A stretch of 64,000 bases of DNA, from assembly GCF_009914755.1 (NCBI RefSeq), contig NC_060928.1, one strand, 5' to 3'. Positions 42,440 through 61,667 of this stretch are shown here, piece by piece (within the stretch, counting starts at the first letter, position 1; each line of letters begins with the position of its first letter). The DNA comes from the human T2T-CHM13v2.0 reference genome, Homo sapiens. The translations under genes and the position numbers were made by a program. The notes under the pieces are model-generated. The model was not told the DNA's origin. It saw only the letters and a program-made list of their open reading frames with translations, and made no database searches.

Positions 42440-43580
42440 TTCTTCCTCTAGATTTACAATCATCAAATCTATTCTGAATCCTGACACAAGACAGATTTCT
42501 TCAAAATGCAATTCAATATTATCGTTTTCCTGTGCATTTTCATAATCATACTTTTTTAATTTAATTAACATTTTCCATACTGTTCTGTAAACTCTGTGGG
42601 CACAGGGGCAATTTCCATTTTGTGTATCAGTGTACTCAGTGCCTAGAATATGTAGCTATGTGATAAATAATTATGGAATGAATAAAGAAGTATTTCAAAA
42701 ACTTCACTGGCTTTCCATGACCTCCAGAATAAAGGCAAGTTCCCATAAAACGGTATAAACATCCATGATCAGACTCCTGTGTCTTCCGTCTGATCTATTG
42801 CCATTTGGTTCAGTAATTCAGTGCTTCATACACTGTGAAGCTCAAGGACACCTCCTCCCTTTGCTCATGATCTCCTTTTTGCCTGTAGCAAAATCTCCAC
42901 TTAACAGTTTACAGCCTCAAACATGGCCGTTGCTAAATCAAGTTTAGTCTAAAGCTGCCTCCTTATGTATTTTAAGTTTAGCCTAAAGGTTTCTTTGTAC
43001 ATCATGAACTTAATCTAAATGGAATTGTAAACAGACTGTAGGCTACTCTTGTGGCAATCACTGAGTTTGGGCCAATCAAATGTTGCCAACTGTTCAAACT
43101 GTGTTCAAATAAGGAAGGCAACGTGGAGCTATAACCAATCCAGCTGTTTATGTACCTCACTTCCGTTTTCTGTAGGTCCCGTTCATTTTTCTGTCCATAA
43201 ATCCTCTCAGCCACGTGGCTGTGCTGGAGTCTGAATCTACTCTGTCTTGGGAGACTGCCCAATTTGTGAGTCCTTCTTTGTTCAATGAAACTCTTTTAAA
43301 TTTAATTCAGCTGAATTTTCTCTTTTAACACCATCTAGGAAGACTTCTTAAAATTTCCTATTATTGGAGTAGTGAGTTCTTCACTTGTGCTCCAATTTGC
43401 ATGCATGTAACCAGCATGTATCTTTCATGTCCTTTGTAGGTTTTATTGAAATAGCCATTTTATATCTGCCAGTCATACTTAACTGTAAGCTTCTATGAAG
43501 CAGAATGACCTTTTATTTGTGTTTTGTGCCCTTAGCATCTATCAAAATGTCTAGCACAAAACAGGTATTTGAAAAATCTT
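42440..43580 (+). mobile_element. L2 fragments (two 3' ends), MER57 inserted
   Basis: L2 3'-end motifs ctgtaaactctgtgggcacagg..cagtgcctagaat..gaatgaataaa and ctgtaagcttctatgaagcag..tgtctagcacaaaacagg. Confidence 0.6.
42931..43330 (+). mobile_element. MER57A/B-like solo LTR
   Basis: tgctaaatcaagtttagtctaaagctgcctcc..ggccaatcaaa..tgttcaaataagg..aaccaatccagctgtt..ttttaaca; TSD ccgt/ccat. Confidence 0.88.
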
Positions 43581-44799
43581 AAGTAAAGAGAACCAAAGAA
43601 TTGTTACATATAGAAAATGACTAGAAAAATAAATAAAACAAGAGAGAAATAATGAATATCTCAAGAAGTTATCTTTTTAATTATCTTTTTATTATAGACT
43701 TATTTAGAATATAATTGTGAATATACATTCTTACCATGTGATTGTGATTTAAAATAGGCACCTTGGGATGCAAAGTCTTCAACGGGACACAGTTAGAAAA
43801 CAAAATAATAAATGTCCTCCTTTATGTGAAATGATCAATTCTAATTTTATGCATTGCTGTTCTCTTTAAATTCTCTTTACCCTTCTGAGATAATCTTTCT
43901 TTTCTAAAAGTGTCAAAAAATGATTTCAGAATCAGCTTTCCTGTTTGCTTCCAGAAGTTCTATTGCATTTGGCAATACAAGAGAAATTAATGTGAGAATA
44001 TGTAAAGAAATAAATTTCTAAAATCTGGCTAAGCAAAAAAATTGGTGAATTCATAAATCTGTGTTATTGGATAGTATCTGCAGTAAGGCAAGGAGGAATT
44101 ATTAGATTTCTTTGGCTTTTATTTTTAGTGTTATGACTATGTAATTTAATGACTTCCACAAAAGTTATTTCTATTTTCTTGCTTAATTTAGTTATTTACA
44201 AAAAGGCTTTTTATCATCTAAATTTATTCAATTAAATGGCTCTTTTATAAGAAAAATTGTTGCAGCGAAGTTTTTTGTGACTTCCTTTGCAAAGAATCTC
44301 TAAAAACAATGATGCAATCATACAATTTAATTTTTATTTTAGTGAAACTTATTCTTTCTAAACTTTGGCTTGACAAAGCTTCATTTATGTACTGGTAGGA
44401 TATTGTTAAAATAACTACAATTAAAATGTTTTTATTATGATCTTTCAACTTATCTTTAGAATTTGATTACTTCAGTAATATATTAATTTATAGTTATATA
44501 ATAATCATCATAATAAATGCAATATTTTCTTAATTATTTGTGCTTGTTTATCCCCATTTCCTACTCTATTCCTACTGTGTTCAGAAATTACATCTTTGTT
44601 GTATTTCACTCTTATTTGAAATGTAAATTTATTCAGGGAGAGCAGCAGGTGAGTGACAAAGCAATAAAAAAGTTGTCGCAACAGAGAATTTTTAGATCAT
44701 TTTATATTTTTATATATATGGAAAAACAATATTTAATGAGAAAATGAGAATGTTTTTAACTTTATTTCCTCACCGTCTTTGCAATTAATAATTCTCTAA

Positions 44800-45161
<362 letters not shown>

Positions 45162-45204
45162 TGAAAGACTTAAATGCATAATGAATAGATTATGAAAAAC
45201 AAAA

Positions 45205-45985
<781 letters not shown>

Positions 45986-46488
45986 GAAGTAGAGAAATGA
46001 TGAATACAGAAGCAACATAAGGAGGACTGTGTGAAATTGATGAAAGAGTAAAGGAAGAAAAAGAGGTCAAAAGGGAACAAGGCAGGGTGAAAAATTACGA
46101 TAGCACAAAAAATACACAGACTCTGCTGGGGAGAAAAGAAAAATTCTCCCGTACCCACTTAGGTTTCCTGGCTGGGCCTCAGAGTTAGACCAACATAAGA
46201 CAGCTTAACAGGAGAAAATCATGCAAGTTTCAGTAAAATTTTTACAAGTATATGGGAACCTTCATGGGAGAATGAAGACCCAGAGAAATGGCCACAGCAG
46301 AAAGCTTTTATACTTTTTTGACAACAAAATAATACATTTGTGAGGAAATGACAAGACAAAGGGGTTTGGGCTAGAGGCAATAAATTGTGGCGAAGTGAAT
46401 AGGAGATAATTGTGGTGGGCGGGGGGGTGGAGAAAACTAGTGGAAGATGAGGATCATTTTAGAACATTCATTCATACAGATCTATTTT

Positions 46489-49567
<3,079 letters not shown>

Positions 49568-52500
49568 TGATAAGGTTCTCTTCCTGGTACAGGGAGAGCA
49601 CCTTTCTCATGGGAATTTTTATGGCCTCTTTTGAGTAAAAAATAGTAGGTCAGAAAGCCCTTCCTGCATCTGCTGTTTCTTAAGTGCCTTCAACACAAAA
49701 TGATAAATTTGGCAAAGCAGCATATTTTGGCATAGTGTATCCTTAACTCCTTCAGCTCCAAAATAACATATATCTGTGACATGTGCAGAGCCTGAAGCAC
49801 AAAATAGTTTCGAATTTTGGATTATGAAAGTTAAAAGAATGAGTTACTGCTTTCATTTGAATTACATGATTTATCTTAATGAATAGTAGAGCATCAGGAT
49901 GATTGAAAATATGATAATCAATATTGTGAGGAATTAATATTACAAAATTATATTTACTTGAGTTCTTTAGAGCAGATTTTTATTAGAAAAGTAAATGGGA
50001 ACACATTTTACAAAGTAAAAATTGGAATTAGGTTTGATGTAAACTTGTAAGTAATAATAAATAAATCTCTCTGTAGCATTCTGAATGTGCCATTATAAAC
50101 ATTTCATCCTTTCATTAGGAAAATAGGAGGAAACTCCCAAATATTTGGGACAACTCTTCTTTTTATGCAGAAATATAAAAAACATAATCTCAGCAATTCA
50201 GAAAGTTATTTCTAAAAGGATTATATATATATATATAATGTACACGCATCTGTAAACATATATAGATAGATAAATAGATACACATATATAGATATATAAA
50301 TGTTATTTGTTGTTGATGAGTTTGAATTTTTTTTTCTTCTTGGAAAAACTAGAGAGTACTACAGATCTCCATATTCAGGGTTTTTTTAATCAGAATTTTT
50401 TGCTTTTTATTATCATTGGAGACTATTACTGTAAATTTTTAACATGTTAAGAATACTGTGACTATTAACTATTCCAACATTAATATTATATAAGTGAGGA
50501 AATTGAAGTCCAGAGATAAAAAAATAGTTGCTCATAGTGATAACCAGTTATGGCAAGTTATGGCTGATAATTGATTACCCAATTCACATAAAGAAAGATG
50601 TCTTGCAGGTACTGTGATCAGTGGAGAGAAAGTCAAACTAAATAATAACTCGCATACAGTAACATAATTGTAATACTAAAAACTATGTGAAGATGCCTTG
50701 GGAACATAATGGGGTTGAGAATTGAAAAAGATCTTCCTTTTGATGGAAAGCAAGATTTGAGTAGTGTATTGAAGTATGTGGAAGCATTAAACCAGATGAA
50801 GAAGTACCCGGATAGGAAAAGGAATTAGAGGCATTCCATACCAACAAAATAGCATCAACTACCATTATAGATGTGAGAAGGATCATAGGAAATGGTGAAT
50901 ATGTATTGTCATGTGTGGAATGGCAAACAAGCTATGAGGCAGGGCGGTAGTTCACTTTATCAAAATATGCCAATGACTACCACATATCAAACACTGTGTT
51001 AAAAACAGATAACATAAATATTAACAAGTCATCATTCTACCTGTAAAGGAGAAGCTAGAATAAAACATTTGCATGTATATGATCAAGATAGATAGACTGA
51101 TAACAATAAAGAACGAATTACAGTTTTCTACTTGTGCTATAAACAGGATCAACATGATAAGATCATGTTTACATGGCTTCATTTTGATTTTCTTGCTATC
51201 TAGTTGTTGATCTCTGTCATATGCAACATTTTTTTCTCAAAACGTGCTGGTGTGAAATCTACTTTCATATATAATTAAAGCATTATTTTCCTGAATGTTT
51301 TCTATTTATTTTTAAAACTTGGTAGCACGTAACACTATTATTATACCTTACTTCATAAAAGTTGAATTATGGAGGCCAAAGAAGATCAATAACTTTCTTC
51401 AGAACCTTTAGCACCACCATACCCTAAAAATTCAGGTGTCCTAGTTTTTGTTTAATACCGTGTCACATATTCAATTCCAAGAACAAATTCTCTTAATGGG
51501 AGCCTGATGTATTAAGGAACAATGTTATCTCTACTGCCATTCACAAAGATGATAATCTTATTACTTTGACCTTAAAACAGTAGAAGTTAAATGGACAGCT
51601 TTGCTTACATGAAAATAACTGTTTCAATACCCCCAAAAGAAGAAAAAGGAGGGAAAAATCCCACAAAGTACTTATTAGATATACAATATGGTGACATAAT
51701 AGCCTATACATCTTTTAATATTAGTCCATGAGATCTGTGAGGGCAGACAGTGTTTATCTTGTTAAATGTTTTAAACCCAGTTTAAAACATACATAACTCT
51801 TGCAGGTAAACATGGTGCATAGCAACTGTTGTTATGCTAAATTTTGAATTCTATCCCAATATTCTATGTTTACTCACTATTGATTGAATAAATGAATAAA
51901 AATGGGTCAAGGTTATGCTTGTCCAAAACATTCCTCTGTCTACCATTGTGTCCAGAACCTACCTCAGATTACTTCTTTCAAATCCTACATTTTCTTTTAG
52001 GCATATAGGATTAAGAACAACATAAAAATACTGTCTCTGTGCAAAGTACATCTGTTCAAAAATCACCAAATCCTTTTTGAAAGGAATTAAACACTAATAG
52101 TTGCTTACGGGCAGCAAATGTAGCCAAATGAAAAGCAGAATGTGGGCGATGCTAAGGTCATTTGTAATGATCCCAAAATCAAACTTCCCACATCATCATT
52201 TTAATGTTACTGTAAATGTAGCTCTGACTATTAGCAAATTGACTAAACCTGCTCATTTCTAATGTCTCAATGAGTTTGTAATGATTTAATCTGTGCTAAA
52301 AAAGGAAAAATAAATTACTGTGAGATTTTAGACAAGAGAAAATTAAAAATTGCCTTATGTCCAAAGTTTTAATTTGCATTTTGTCTTAATAATCAATTAA
52401 TTTCTCCTACTCTGTGGTAGCTTTCTGTGTATCTCATTTCCTACAAGCAGATAAGAAAATTTTGTAAAACCTATTTTTAAAATACATATTTTATAAAAGT

Positions 52501-52897
52501 AACAAAGACAAGTAAAAATCCCTGCATTTAGTTTAAATAGGTAGAATGATTATCATTGTTTAACCTTTTGTTCATGTAAAAATATATGATATGTGTCGAA
52601 AGAAACACATATACCTAGATGCACACAGAGAAACACATATAAAACTGATTAACAGATGAGACTCAATTCTTTTTGTGGTTATCATGATATGTTGTGCATA
52701 AGGATGCTTATTTAGAGGAAAATATGTTTAAATATTAAGACTACAGACTTGTTTCTACTAAGCAGAGATTGCTTCGTATGACTTTCTTTGGTCTCAAGAT
52801 AACACATGTATACTCTATTAACTTATTTAATGATTTACTTATATTTCATAATATTAATGAAATAATAATGAGGAAAACATGTAATGTGCTATTTTTT

Positions 52898-53382
52898 TGT
52901 GATAGGCAGAATAATGATCTCTACTGATGCCCATATCCCAATTTTAAAACTTGCGAGTATGTTAGTTTATGTGGCAAAGGGACTTTGCAGATGTGATTAA
53001 GGCTGAGGACCTTAAAATTATCCTGTGTTTTCCATGGCTCTAGTCTACTTACATATTACTGAAATTAGAAGACCTTTCCAGGATGTTATCAGGGGATTTG
53101 AAGATCCTATGCTACTAGTTATGAAGGTAGAGAAAGAGGGCATGAGCTAAGACATGCAGGAGGCCTCTAGAATTTAGATAAGTAAAGAAAAGAGAATCTG
53201 TTTCTCTTTTAGGGCCTCCAGAAACAAATGCAGCCCTGCTGACACCTTGATTTCATGCCAGTAAGACCCAAAATAATCATTTCAGACTTTTGACCTACTG
53301 GGGTATAATGTAATAAATTTGTGTTGTTTTACCAAACTAAGTTTGTGGTCATTTGCTATGGCAGTGATAGAAAGTGAATACA
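52898..53382 (+). mobile_element. MLT1D-like MaLR LTR
   Basis: tgtgataggcagaataatg..tggcaaagggactttgcagatgtgattaagg..gcagccctgctgacaccttgattt..aataaatttgtgttgtttt..gaaagtgaataca. Confidence 0.88.
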
Positions 53383-53469
53383 CCCAATTTCATAACATTT
53401 GTAAAAGTTTTTATTAAAACACACACAGTCAGTGAATAATTAAGCAATGATAATGAAAAGACGTGTTTT

Positions 53470-53635
53470 TTGGAGGAAAAATATCTCTGGATTTAGAAAG
53501 CTTGGGGTTTTATCCTAGCCATGCTGCTTACTCTATAAGTGGCCTAGGATTAAGGACTCCTGGGAAGCTCAGTTCTTCATACATGATATGGGAATACAAC
53601 TAACTTTCTTACAGAATTATTTAATACATGGAAAA
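53470..53635 (+). mobile_element. MIR SINE relic
   Basis: gggttttatcctagccatgctgcttact..ctcagttcttcatacatgatatgggaatacaa; similar weak MIR relics at ~18355, 50450, 51330, 52190, 58570 and 61650. Confidence 0.55.
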
Positions 53636-53848
53636 TACAAGATTTATAATCAAAAGCAGAAATCTCATAATCTTAAAGATTTGTACCATAGCTTTGAGAT
53701 TCAAATATAAAGACAGTAAAATATTTTTGACTAAGTATTTTATTAAACTAAATTAAGAAATGTCCTATCTGGAACACAGATCTGTAAAAGCAGCATGTTT
53801 GCCAGAATGTTTGTAGGCAGATAGATGAAGGTTAGTAATACTTAGATC

Positions 53849-53883
53849 AGGCTGAGCACAATAGCTCACACCTGTAATCCCAG
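53849..53883 (+). mobile_element. Alu 5' stub (about 35 nt) interrupted by ERV
   Basis: ggctgagcacaatagctcacacctgtaatcccag, followed immediately by the LTR TG. Confidence 0.85.
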
Positions 53884-54457
53884 TGAGAGAGGAGGCAGTT
53901 AGAGGCTGTTTAGGCAGATGGAGAGAGAGGGTCTCGGGAGTGGAAAAATACCCATGGGATAGCAACTGCTGTCCCTGCACCACCCCTAGAGCTAGCAGAA
54001 AGAAATGTGGTTAAGAACTCACCCTTATGTTAAAAGGTTGCTCAGAAGGGACTGTTCCAACTTAGGTGCAGGCACAATACATCAATATGATATTAGCACT
54101 GTGGTTTTAGCCCCTCCATAGGTTTCACTTAGGCACTCATGGATAATTACCAAGATGGAGTCACTCTGGCCAAACCCAGGCATGCACAGATGCAACATGA
54201 GGCACTAATAAGAGAGAAATTTACTCCTCCCATTTGGGCAGAACCCACAGACTTTCTTGTCTTTGCCACCTAAAAGACCCAGTACTCAGTCCCATTTCTG
54301 ACAACCTGCGTTTAGGTCTCCTCTCATTGCTGAGAACTTTCCTTTTGCTTAATAAATCCTACTCTACTCACTCTCTGGTGTCCTCATGCCTTATTCTTCT
54401 TGGTCATGGGACAAGAACTCAGACCTAGCTGAACTGTGGCCTAAGCAGGCTGCAACA
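53884..54457 (+). mobile_element. 5' LTR of a class I ERV (HUERS-P-like group)
   Basis: TG...CA ends (tgagagagg...gctgcaaca); aataaa at ~54351; followed by a PBS. Confidence 0.85.
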
Positions 54458-54460
54458 TTT

Positions 54461-54478
54461 TGGGAGCTTATCCAGGAT
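54461..54478 (+). promoter_or_regulatory. Retroviral primer-binding site, tRNA-Pro type
   Basis: tgggagcttatccaggat vs the tRNA-Pro PBS TGGGGGCTCGTCCGGGAT (4 transitions, mostly CpG decay), 3 nt after the LTR end; splice donor aagg|gtgagt at 54489. Confidence 0.85.
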
Positions 54479-55747
54479 CATCAGAAGGGTGAGTAGGAGC
54501 AGACCTCTCACTCATTATTTTCATTTCTGAGGCTACTTGTCCTCAGTAATTTTCTCAAGATCAAATAAAACACTGGGCTTCTGTTGGCCAGCTAAGAGTG
54601 ACTAGTGTGGCTTCCAGACTTAAGACTCAGAGGACTGGCTTGCTAGGGAAGACTTTGTCAATCCCCCATTGCCCTTGGGTGTTGGGAATGTTGACTCTGT
54701 GCCAATCTGGTTTCTTTTCATGGAAGTCTAGGTGCCGTGTAGGATTGGAAGGTGGTCCTGAAGCAACTGAGGGTATCTGCTTGACGCTACACTTCGGTTA
54801 CCCAAAGACCCCTGGACTAACTTCAGTCCCTGACAGCCTGTTAGGGTGTTAGCAAGAGAACTTCTGGTCTTTTCCTATTGCATTTTTCTTCTTTCTTTTG
54901 CAGCTGTATGGCTCCTATCTATTCTAGGTATACAATGTTGTGGGTGTTTTTGCAACCCAGAGATACAATTTTCTTGGATAAAATAAGCAAGTGCCTTAGC
55001 AATCAGGAATGCAACTCAAAGGGTTTTTGTTTTGTGATTTCCTAGAGAAAAGAGGATTTCAAGATCTAGACCTGAATGTCTCCTTATCCCCTAATGACAG
55101 CACCCAATGGCATTGCACTGGAGGTTATTTCTCCCTGAGTGACTATCCTCCTCTCCATTTAAACTGTTTCTTTTTCTATGTAAGAACTCAGCACTTTGCA
55201 GTGAATTTGTACAACCCTCCAATGAGGCAAGTTAATTTTCTCCTCCTGGGAGTCTTGCTGTGGGAGCAGCCTGTCAAGCCCCAGACTTCTCTTGCAAACT
55301 TTTGCCTGAAAAGTATCTGGGCAGAGTTACAGATTAACATTCCAAACTCTGTCAAGCCACTCAATAAAATTGGAATTTTTCCATAGGGGGCCTTATCAAC
55401 CCTCTACCCAGGGGCTTTAGTTCTCTGGCCACTTATTCTCCTGAGGCAGCCTAATAAGGACCAAATCGCCTGCCCCATCTGTAAATAAGAAAATTGAGTG
55501 TATGATGAGGAAGCCACAAAAAAAAAAAAAAAAACCCTACCCAGATGGCTGTTAACTCTCATGTGATCACCACTGCGGGGAAGGGGTCAATCATACCCTC
55601 ACATTTTTCAAAGACACTTATTCTGCATCCAGTTAGGGTAATATTTAGATAGAAAGATGGAAATATGTTTGGAAGTTAACCATTCTCATTTTCTTGGGTG
55701 CCATGGTTTGACTCAAGACATTATCTGCCTATGAAGGAGTGAGTTAA

Positions 55748-56242
55748 TGCAGGGATCTGTCCCACAGACCCTGACCCAACGATGGATGAATAATGTACAC
55801 TGACACAGATATTTTGTCTTTTGGTTTGGCTGAGGGTCTGGGCCACTCACAGACACCAAGAAGGGTGCTGTAAGGAGTCGCAGCTGTGACCCCAATCAGC
55901 CAGCGAAGCTCGCATTTATTCAGTATAGATTAAATAACAAAGGTCTTGAGTAAACACCACCAGAGGGTAATTGACATTGCCGACCTCCCGAGTAGAGAGC
56001 AATTATATACCCGCAGGTAATCAAAGGTTGGTCTTAGGACCGCATGAGTAAACAAGCTATTTAGATAAACTCCCTTACATCCCTTTATACCTAATTTATC
56101 TACTCAAGGTAAAGATCAGGCTGCATTCAGCCAGATCTATTACTGGAGCTTATGCAAACCCCCTGGCCTTCCAAGAAGGTTTGTGCCTATTTCATATAAC
56201 TATCTTTAAAATTTTTCCCACCAGCCTGACTGAACTCCCACA
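55748..56242 (-). mobile_element. LTR22-family (HERV-K HML-5) solo LTR inserted in the ERV leader
   Basis: cagaccctgacccaacgatggatgaataa..gagtaaacaagctatttagata..tcccaccagcctgactgaactcccaca; agttaa duplicated at 55742 and 56245. Confidence 0.85.
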
Positions 56243-56460
56243 TCAGTTAAGAGATTGACTGAGGAACCCCCCACCATTAAAAGTTCTCACCCAAGTTCAG
56301 TTGCTTCAAAGCATCTTCCAAGCTCCAGTTTGGAAACCCAAAAGGACAATTAGATCTGGGAGACGCAGAGGCAGTCAGCAGGAGAGGACTAGAGTACAGC
56401 ACAAGTGAGCATGATTACTCCTGCCAACTAGCTCCTCTGGATTCATGGGTGAAGAAATCA

Positions 56461-57053
56461 GATAAAAATTACTCAGCCTTTTTGAAAAGACTGAAAGAAG
56501 CCTTGGTAAAACACACTGCCCTGGCTCTTGATTCAATTGAAGGATGACTAATTTTGAAAGACAAGTTTATTACTCAGGCAGCCCCTGATATGTGGAGGAA
56601 GTTGCAAAAACAGGCCACAGGACCAGATAGCACTTTGGAAAACCTGAAGGTGGCCACCTCAGCCTTTTACAATAGCAATCAGGAGGAGGCTCAGGAGAAA
56701 GAGAGGAAGCACAAGAAAAAGGCAGAGGCTGTAGTGGCCACTCTGCAGGCCTATGAAACCCAGGATTCCTGAGGTGCACCTGCTAATTGCCACAACTATG
56801 GCAAACCAGGGCACATTAAGAAGGATTTCCCAGGAAGCAAAAGGAAGCTACCTTGACCCTGTCCAACCTGTGTTGCGGACAACTGACATGTAGACTGTCC
56901 CTGGAGGCACAGTCACCAGGTCCACAGCCAGCGTCACAAATGCTCAAGCAGGACTGATGTGTCATGGGGCTCCTTTTCCTGGCTCCAAAGGCTCAGACTG
57001 CCATTATAATCCAAGAGCCCTGGGTGATTCTAGAGGTTGAAAGGAGGAAGGTG
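56461..57053 (+). pseudogene. Gammaretrovirus-like Gag capsid/nucleocapsid and protease-start remnant
   Basis: SAFLKRLKEALVKHT (MHR-like); LKDKFITQAAPDMWRKLQK; zinc-knuckle relic CHNYGKPGHIKKD..PCPTC; then IIIQEPWVILEVERRKV. Contains stops and frameshifts. Confidence 0.8.
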
Positions 57054-57152
57054 GGAAAGTCTGAAGTGAAAAGTCAATTTTCTTTGGCAAATACATCATT
57101 TGACTTCCAAATTATTGCATTTTAGATAAGTGTTTCTTAAAAAGTTACGGAT

Positions 57153-57649
57153 TGTGGGGGTTCATCCTGCAGACCCTGACCCAATGATGGATGAATAACG
57201 TACACTGACACAGATATTCTGCTTGTCAGTGCAGCTGAGTGTTCGGACCTCTCACAGACACCAAGGAAGGTGCTGTAAAGAGTCAGCAGCCATGGCCTAG
57301 ATTTGTTGGCCCTCCTGGCATTTATTCAGCATGCATTAAATGACAAAAGTCTCAAGAAAACACGATTAGAAGGTAATTACCATTGCTGGCCACCCCCCCC
57401 CCACCGAGTAGAGAGTAATCATGCACCTGAAGATGGTCAAAGGTTAGTCTTAGTATCACATGAGTAAACAAGCTATTTAGATAGACTCCTCTACATTCTT
57501 AAGTTAATTACCCTTGGTATAGCTCAAAGAGGATTAGGCTGCCTTCAGCCATAACTCAATCCTGAGGCTTTTGCAAAAACCTTCTGGCCTTCCAAGAAAG
57601 TTTGTATTTATTTTACAGTTTTTCCCACCATCCTGACTGAACCCCTACA
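57153..57649 (-). mobile_element. Second LTR22-family (HML-5) solo LTR
   Basis: Same family motifs as 55748-56242 but clearly diverged from it; flanks acggat/atagac. Confidence 0.85.
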
Positions 57650-58865
57650 ATAGACAGACTCCTTGGAAAATATTTACTGAATAAAGTTATTTTAACTCAT
57701 TTTGTTTATATCTTTACATATTATAGAAAGACAGTAGTTTAATAATAAATTGTAAATCAGTCTAAGAAACTAATACAAGTAAAATTAACTACACTTTTTT
57801 AATGTTACCACTGAGGTTGCTTGCCTGACTAATGAGTACATTAAATACGAATTTGATAGGAACAAATGTGATACCAAATGTTTTGAATTAAAAGTATGTA
57901 ACTTATGAGATCCTTATGGTAACTCAATACTAAATCATTTTTCTCTACTACAATTAACGTGAAAATTCCTTTTGCAGCATAAGCACTTACACATTTAGTT
58001 TTCACTTTGAACAAATGTTAAATTTATATAATTTAATTTTGCTCTGCCCTTTTCTTCATAGGCTCACATAATAAACATGATACAATCTGCAATTATTAAT
58101 AGAGGTAAAAATACAGGCATTGAAATTATGGAGTCATAATCAATTTTAAATAAATCACACAATTATAATATACTATATATTTTGATTAATTAATAAAACA
58201 GAATTTGAAAAATAAATAATTCGGTGAACACATATCATCAAGTATTTGGTGAATTGTGAACCCATGGTTTTTGTAATATTATCTGGAATCATTGAGAAGC
58301 TCTTACATGTTTAATCTTTCAAAGACCAAGTTATTCAATATTCATGTAAATTCAAGTATTTGGCAGACAGTGTTTTGGGTATTGGGATTATATTTGTGAA
58401 CAAGAAACAAATGTGCTCTTCTTTCATAATGCTTGTAATACAGTATAGTATTAGATCATATTATGATATGATCAGTTAATATGATTAGTATTAATCATAT
58501 TAGATGATTAAACAATTACATACTTTTAGAGTTACACAGTTGAAAATGGAAGAAGGTAAAATATCATTAAGTGTGTGGGTTTTAGAGACAACAGCATTGA
58601 TTCAAGTCTCTTCTTAACTTTTAATAACAATGGATTTGATATCTTTAAAAATTTAATTTCATATTTGCAATTGTACAAAATAAAAGTTCCTACTTACTGG
58701 AACTATTTTGAAGATTGATTAAGCTAATTTATATTAGCTCCTTAGCATATAATAAATATTAAAAGTACTAGCTCTTTTTGAGGGGAACAAAATTCGGATT
58801 TTAAAGAGGGAAAATTCTGCAAAGAATTTCTTGAAATTTTTCCAGAAAATTTACTTTAAAAAAAT

Positions 58866-61667
<2,802 letters not shown>

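Larger units (their letters stand above)
54458..57056 (+). mobile_element. ERV internal region: leader, deleted gag and start of pro; 3' part missing
   Basis: Follows the PBS; Gag remnants at ~56460-56900; no pol, env or 3' LTR in the window. Confidence 0.8.

Noticed and set aside
55009-55386. 125-aa ORF in the ERV leader
   Set aside because: I recognise no Gag, Pol or Env motifs; a chance frame in the more GC-rich ERV leader is sufficient explanation.
55748-57649. Single HML-5 provirus with 5' and 3' LTRs
   Set aside because: The LTRs are diverged and have separate TSDs, I see no PBS or PPT inside them, and the intervening gag is class I and on the opposite strand.
58478-58503. Small AT-rich hairpins (taatatgatta/taatcatatta; also ~2225 and ~51151)
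   Set aside because: Stems of 8-11 bp in very AT-rich DNA are expected by chance.
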